Of a stretch of 64,000 nucleotides of DNA, positions 60,806 to 64,000 are shown piece after piece; within the stretch, counting starts at the first letter, position 1, and every line of letters starts with the position of its first letter. The notes beneath the pieces are model-generated. The model ran no database searches. It had not been told where the DNA came from and was given only the letters and a program-made list of their open reading frames with translations. This stretch comes from Squalus acanthias (lineage: Eukaryota): positions 15,936,001 to 16,000,000 of the forward strand of contig CM059432.1 of assembly GCA_030390025.1 (NCBI GenBank), written 5' to 3'. Position numbers and translations under genes: made by a program.

Positions 60806-63800
60806 CTAGGACAAGGAATTATTACACAGTTAACCTATTTTCATTATGGCAACTGGATTAAACACATTTGAATGAAAGGGATGGTGCTGTCATATATTGT
60901 TCAAGCTGGCTCAGCCAAATCTGAAATCTCTTCTCTATATCCTTCATTTTCAGCATCATAAAAAGCTCATGCTCCAACTGCCTCTGATGCAATTGGAACT
61001 TTATTCATGTAAATATAGGAACAGGAGTAGGCCATTAAACCCCCGAGCCTGTTCGGCCATTCATATCCATCACCAAGACCGCCTACTTCCATCTCTGTAA
61101 CATTGTCTGACTCTGCCTCTGCTCATCTGCTGCTGAAACCCTCATCCATGCCTTTGTTACCTCTAGACTATTGACTATTCCAATGTTCTCCTGTCCCGCC
61201 TCCCATCTGCCACCCTACATAAACTTGAGCTCATCCAAAACTCTGCTGCCCGTGTCCTAACTCGCACCAAGTCCCGTTCACCCATCACTCCCCGTGCTCG
61301 CTGGCTCCTGGTCCGGCAACACCTTGATTTTAAAATTCTCATTCTTGTTTGCAAATCCCTCCATTCCCTCAGCCCTCCCCATCTCTGTAAACTCCTCCAG
61401 CCCTACAACACTCCGAGATGGCAAAACTAAAGGCCATCAATATAAGATCATCAAGAAATCCAATAGGGAATTCAGAAGAAACTTCTTTACCCAGAAAGTG
61501 GTGAGAATAAGGAACTCGCTACCACAGGGAGTGGTTGAGGTTAATAGTTACGATGCATTTAAGGGGAGGCTAGATAAGCAAATGAGGGAGAAGGGAATAG
61601 AGGGTTAGGCTGATAGAGTTGGATAATACGGGAGGAGGCCCAAGTGGAGCACAATCGGCGGCATAGACTGATTGGGCCGCATGGCCTGTTTCTGTTCTGT
61701 ATATTCGATGTAAAGATCTTCGCGCTCCTCCAAATCTGGCCTCTTGCGCATCTCCGATTTTAATCGCTCCAGCATTGGCGGCCGTGCCTTCAGCTGCCTA
61801 GGCCCCAAGCTCTGGAATTCCCTGCCTAAACCTCTCCACCTCTCTCTTCTCCTTAATACCTACCACTTTGACCAGGCTTTTGGTCATCTGTCCTAATATC
61901 TCCTTATGGGGTTCGGTGTCAAATCTTGTTTGATTACGCTCCTGTGAAGCGTCTTGGGATAACTACATTAAAGGTGCTATATAAATGCAAGTTGTTATTG
62001 TAGATCCTGGCTGACGTGTGCCTCTACGCCATTGATCCATATGTCTTGATACACTTAGCCAATAAACATTTATTGATCTCAGCCTTGAACATTTCAATTG
62101 ACCCAGCAACCACAGCACTTTGAGGGAGAGAGTTCCAGAGTCCCACTACCCAGATTCCCGATTTCACTCCTGAATGGCCTAACACTAATTTTAAGAACAT
62201 ACCCTCTGGTTATGGATTCCCCCACCAGAGAAAATAGCTTCTCTGTATCTACTCTAGCGATCCGGTTTGTAATTTTAAACACCTCGATTAGCTCACCCCT
62301 CGATATTCCAAACTCAAGTGAACACAAGTCAAGTTTATGCAACCTGGCCTTCTAATTTAACCCTTTAAGCCCCAGTCTCATTCTGGTGAATCTGCGCTGT
62401 GCCCTGTAAGAAAGATGGGCTTTGGTATCCTGACAAATATATACCGATGAACCAGTCAAATCCTTAACACTTTCCTTTAACTCCTCACTATGGAACCATC
62501 TGGGGTTTTTCTACCATGCCTTCAGCTGCCAAGACCCTAAGCCCTAAACATCTCTGCCTCTTTTTCCTCCTTTAAGGCACTCCTTAAAACCTACCTCCAC
62601 CTGCCCTAATATCTCCTTACGTGACACTCTCAGCTCTGCCTGTAACGAGCTGTGTAGCCACAATTTAGTTTCTAACCTCTGACACTCTTGTACTGGTAAG
62701 GATACCTCTTACATCTGCTAGATACAAGTTCTTACAGGAGAATAGAGGAAATAAAAAAGTCTTCTTCTGGCTAACACTGGACTAAGAAAGACTGCTACTT
62801 CTAGCAAAGACAAACCCTACCTCCGAGTGACCCATGTGGCAGAAGGGCTCACGCTTTTTTGTATCAATGATTTCCAACAATCAGTACTTCCCAGGATTTC
62901 CAGACAGGTTGGCTCCACTTTTCCAATCCTCTCCCCCCCCCCCGCCCCCACCTTACAGCTTTACTTTTAACAAAGGGACCCACACAATTATTAGGGGTCG
63001 TGACTTGTTTGCGACTCACTAAGTGCTTCTTCCCTGGATCCAAGCCAGGGATAATGACTTTACGACTTAATTACTTAAAAGCCTGTATTCACTGCTATGG
63101 CCCAGCACTCAGTTCAACAGCTGAACTCCATATTGTACCCCACGGGTATCCTCAGGCCATTTCCTTTACAATCTCAGAGGCAACATTTTGGCAATTTTAC
63201 GGGGCACTGTTCCTACAACGACCTTCATGGGCCAATATATATTTCCTAAGGTTCGGTACCCAAAACTGAATGCAGTACTCCAGATGGAGTCTGACCAAGG
63301 CCTGATGCGTCAATTCCTCACTCTCGAATTCAAACCCCCTTGGAGATAAAGGCCAACATTCCATTTTCGAGGGTGCTCGAATTTTTAGGCCATAATGTTA
63401 CATTACTGTTACTTATTTGCTTTGGTTAAATAAATGCACTCATTAGTTTTAACCTAAAACGAGGTACAATTTGGTGGCAATCTACCACTTGTTGAAGACA
63501 GCAGATAGATCTGATGGTGGTCCTAGGATAACTCCGACCTAAAATATTTAACGGAAATGTTATCTCGGGCACGTTACTGAGAGCTTACCTGGATATGATA
63601 GAAGTGAAAGATATTCTTGAAGGCATAGGGGAGCTGGGGCTCACCAATTAAAAAAATATTTTTACAAATGGGAGCCAAGAAATTTAGAATAATAACAATA
63701 GAAATGACACAAAAACATAACAGCCCCATTTAAAGACTTTGGAGCTGTATTTTTTTTGTTGGAAGAATGCGATATGTCACAAGAGATCATATGATTAAAC

Positions 63801-64000
63801 CAAGATGAGGGAGATTCACTCCAAAAGAATGAGACTTGACAGGCCTGGCTTGCAGAAAGTCTGCATGCATCTGTTAAAATCCTGTGACAGCCCCACCCCC
63901 CCAAACGGTGGATTCAATGTGAAGAACTAACCATCCAGTTTTGGCTTCATGCAGAGAGAGAAAAATCTTTTAAGTATTCAACAATAGTTGAAGAGATCAG

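Noticed and set aside
63589..63633. Possible next upstream ARHGAP28 exon (cag...CAG|gtaagc, LPYAFKNIFHFYHIQ)
   Set aside because: Good donor, but the peptide does not resemble the expected FGVPL..LL exon, which probably lies beyond the window.

Overview
Vertebrate genomic DNA. The HE1-type and Deu-domain SINEs plus CR1/L2/Penelope repeats point to a cartilaginous fish (shark-like); this is an inference. Two host genes converge tail-to-tail, as in the human LAMA1-ARHGAP28 pair. On + are the last four coding exons of laminin alpha-1 (LAMA1; LG4-LG5, stop at 18672). On - are the last eight visible coding exons of a RhoGAP of the ARHGAP28/18/40 family (ARHGAP28 by synteny; stop at 38995). Between them lies a very young, complete Gypsy (Mag-like) LTR retrotransposon (20551-27378, -). 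It has 194-bp LTRs differing at one site, a 5-bp TSD, no tRNA primer-binding site but an 11-nt LTR-complementary putative self-primer, and a YLDN RT motif. Its single gag-pol ORF (1318 aa when reconstructed) is split by a nested 5'-truncated CR1 with an open ORF. Other notable items: minimal hammerhead-ribozyme motifs in Penelope-like remnants; a dense CRE/NRF1/GC-box/ETS promoter-like island inside an ARHGAP28 intron; repeat-derived hairpins; and Harbinger-like MITEs. Most of the supplied short ORFs are spurious or LINE fragments. All calls were made by eye, with no database searches; repeat boundaries are approximate unless a TSD or TIR is quoted.
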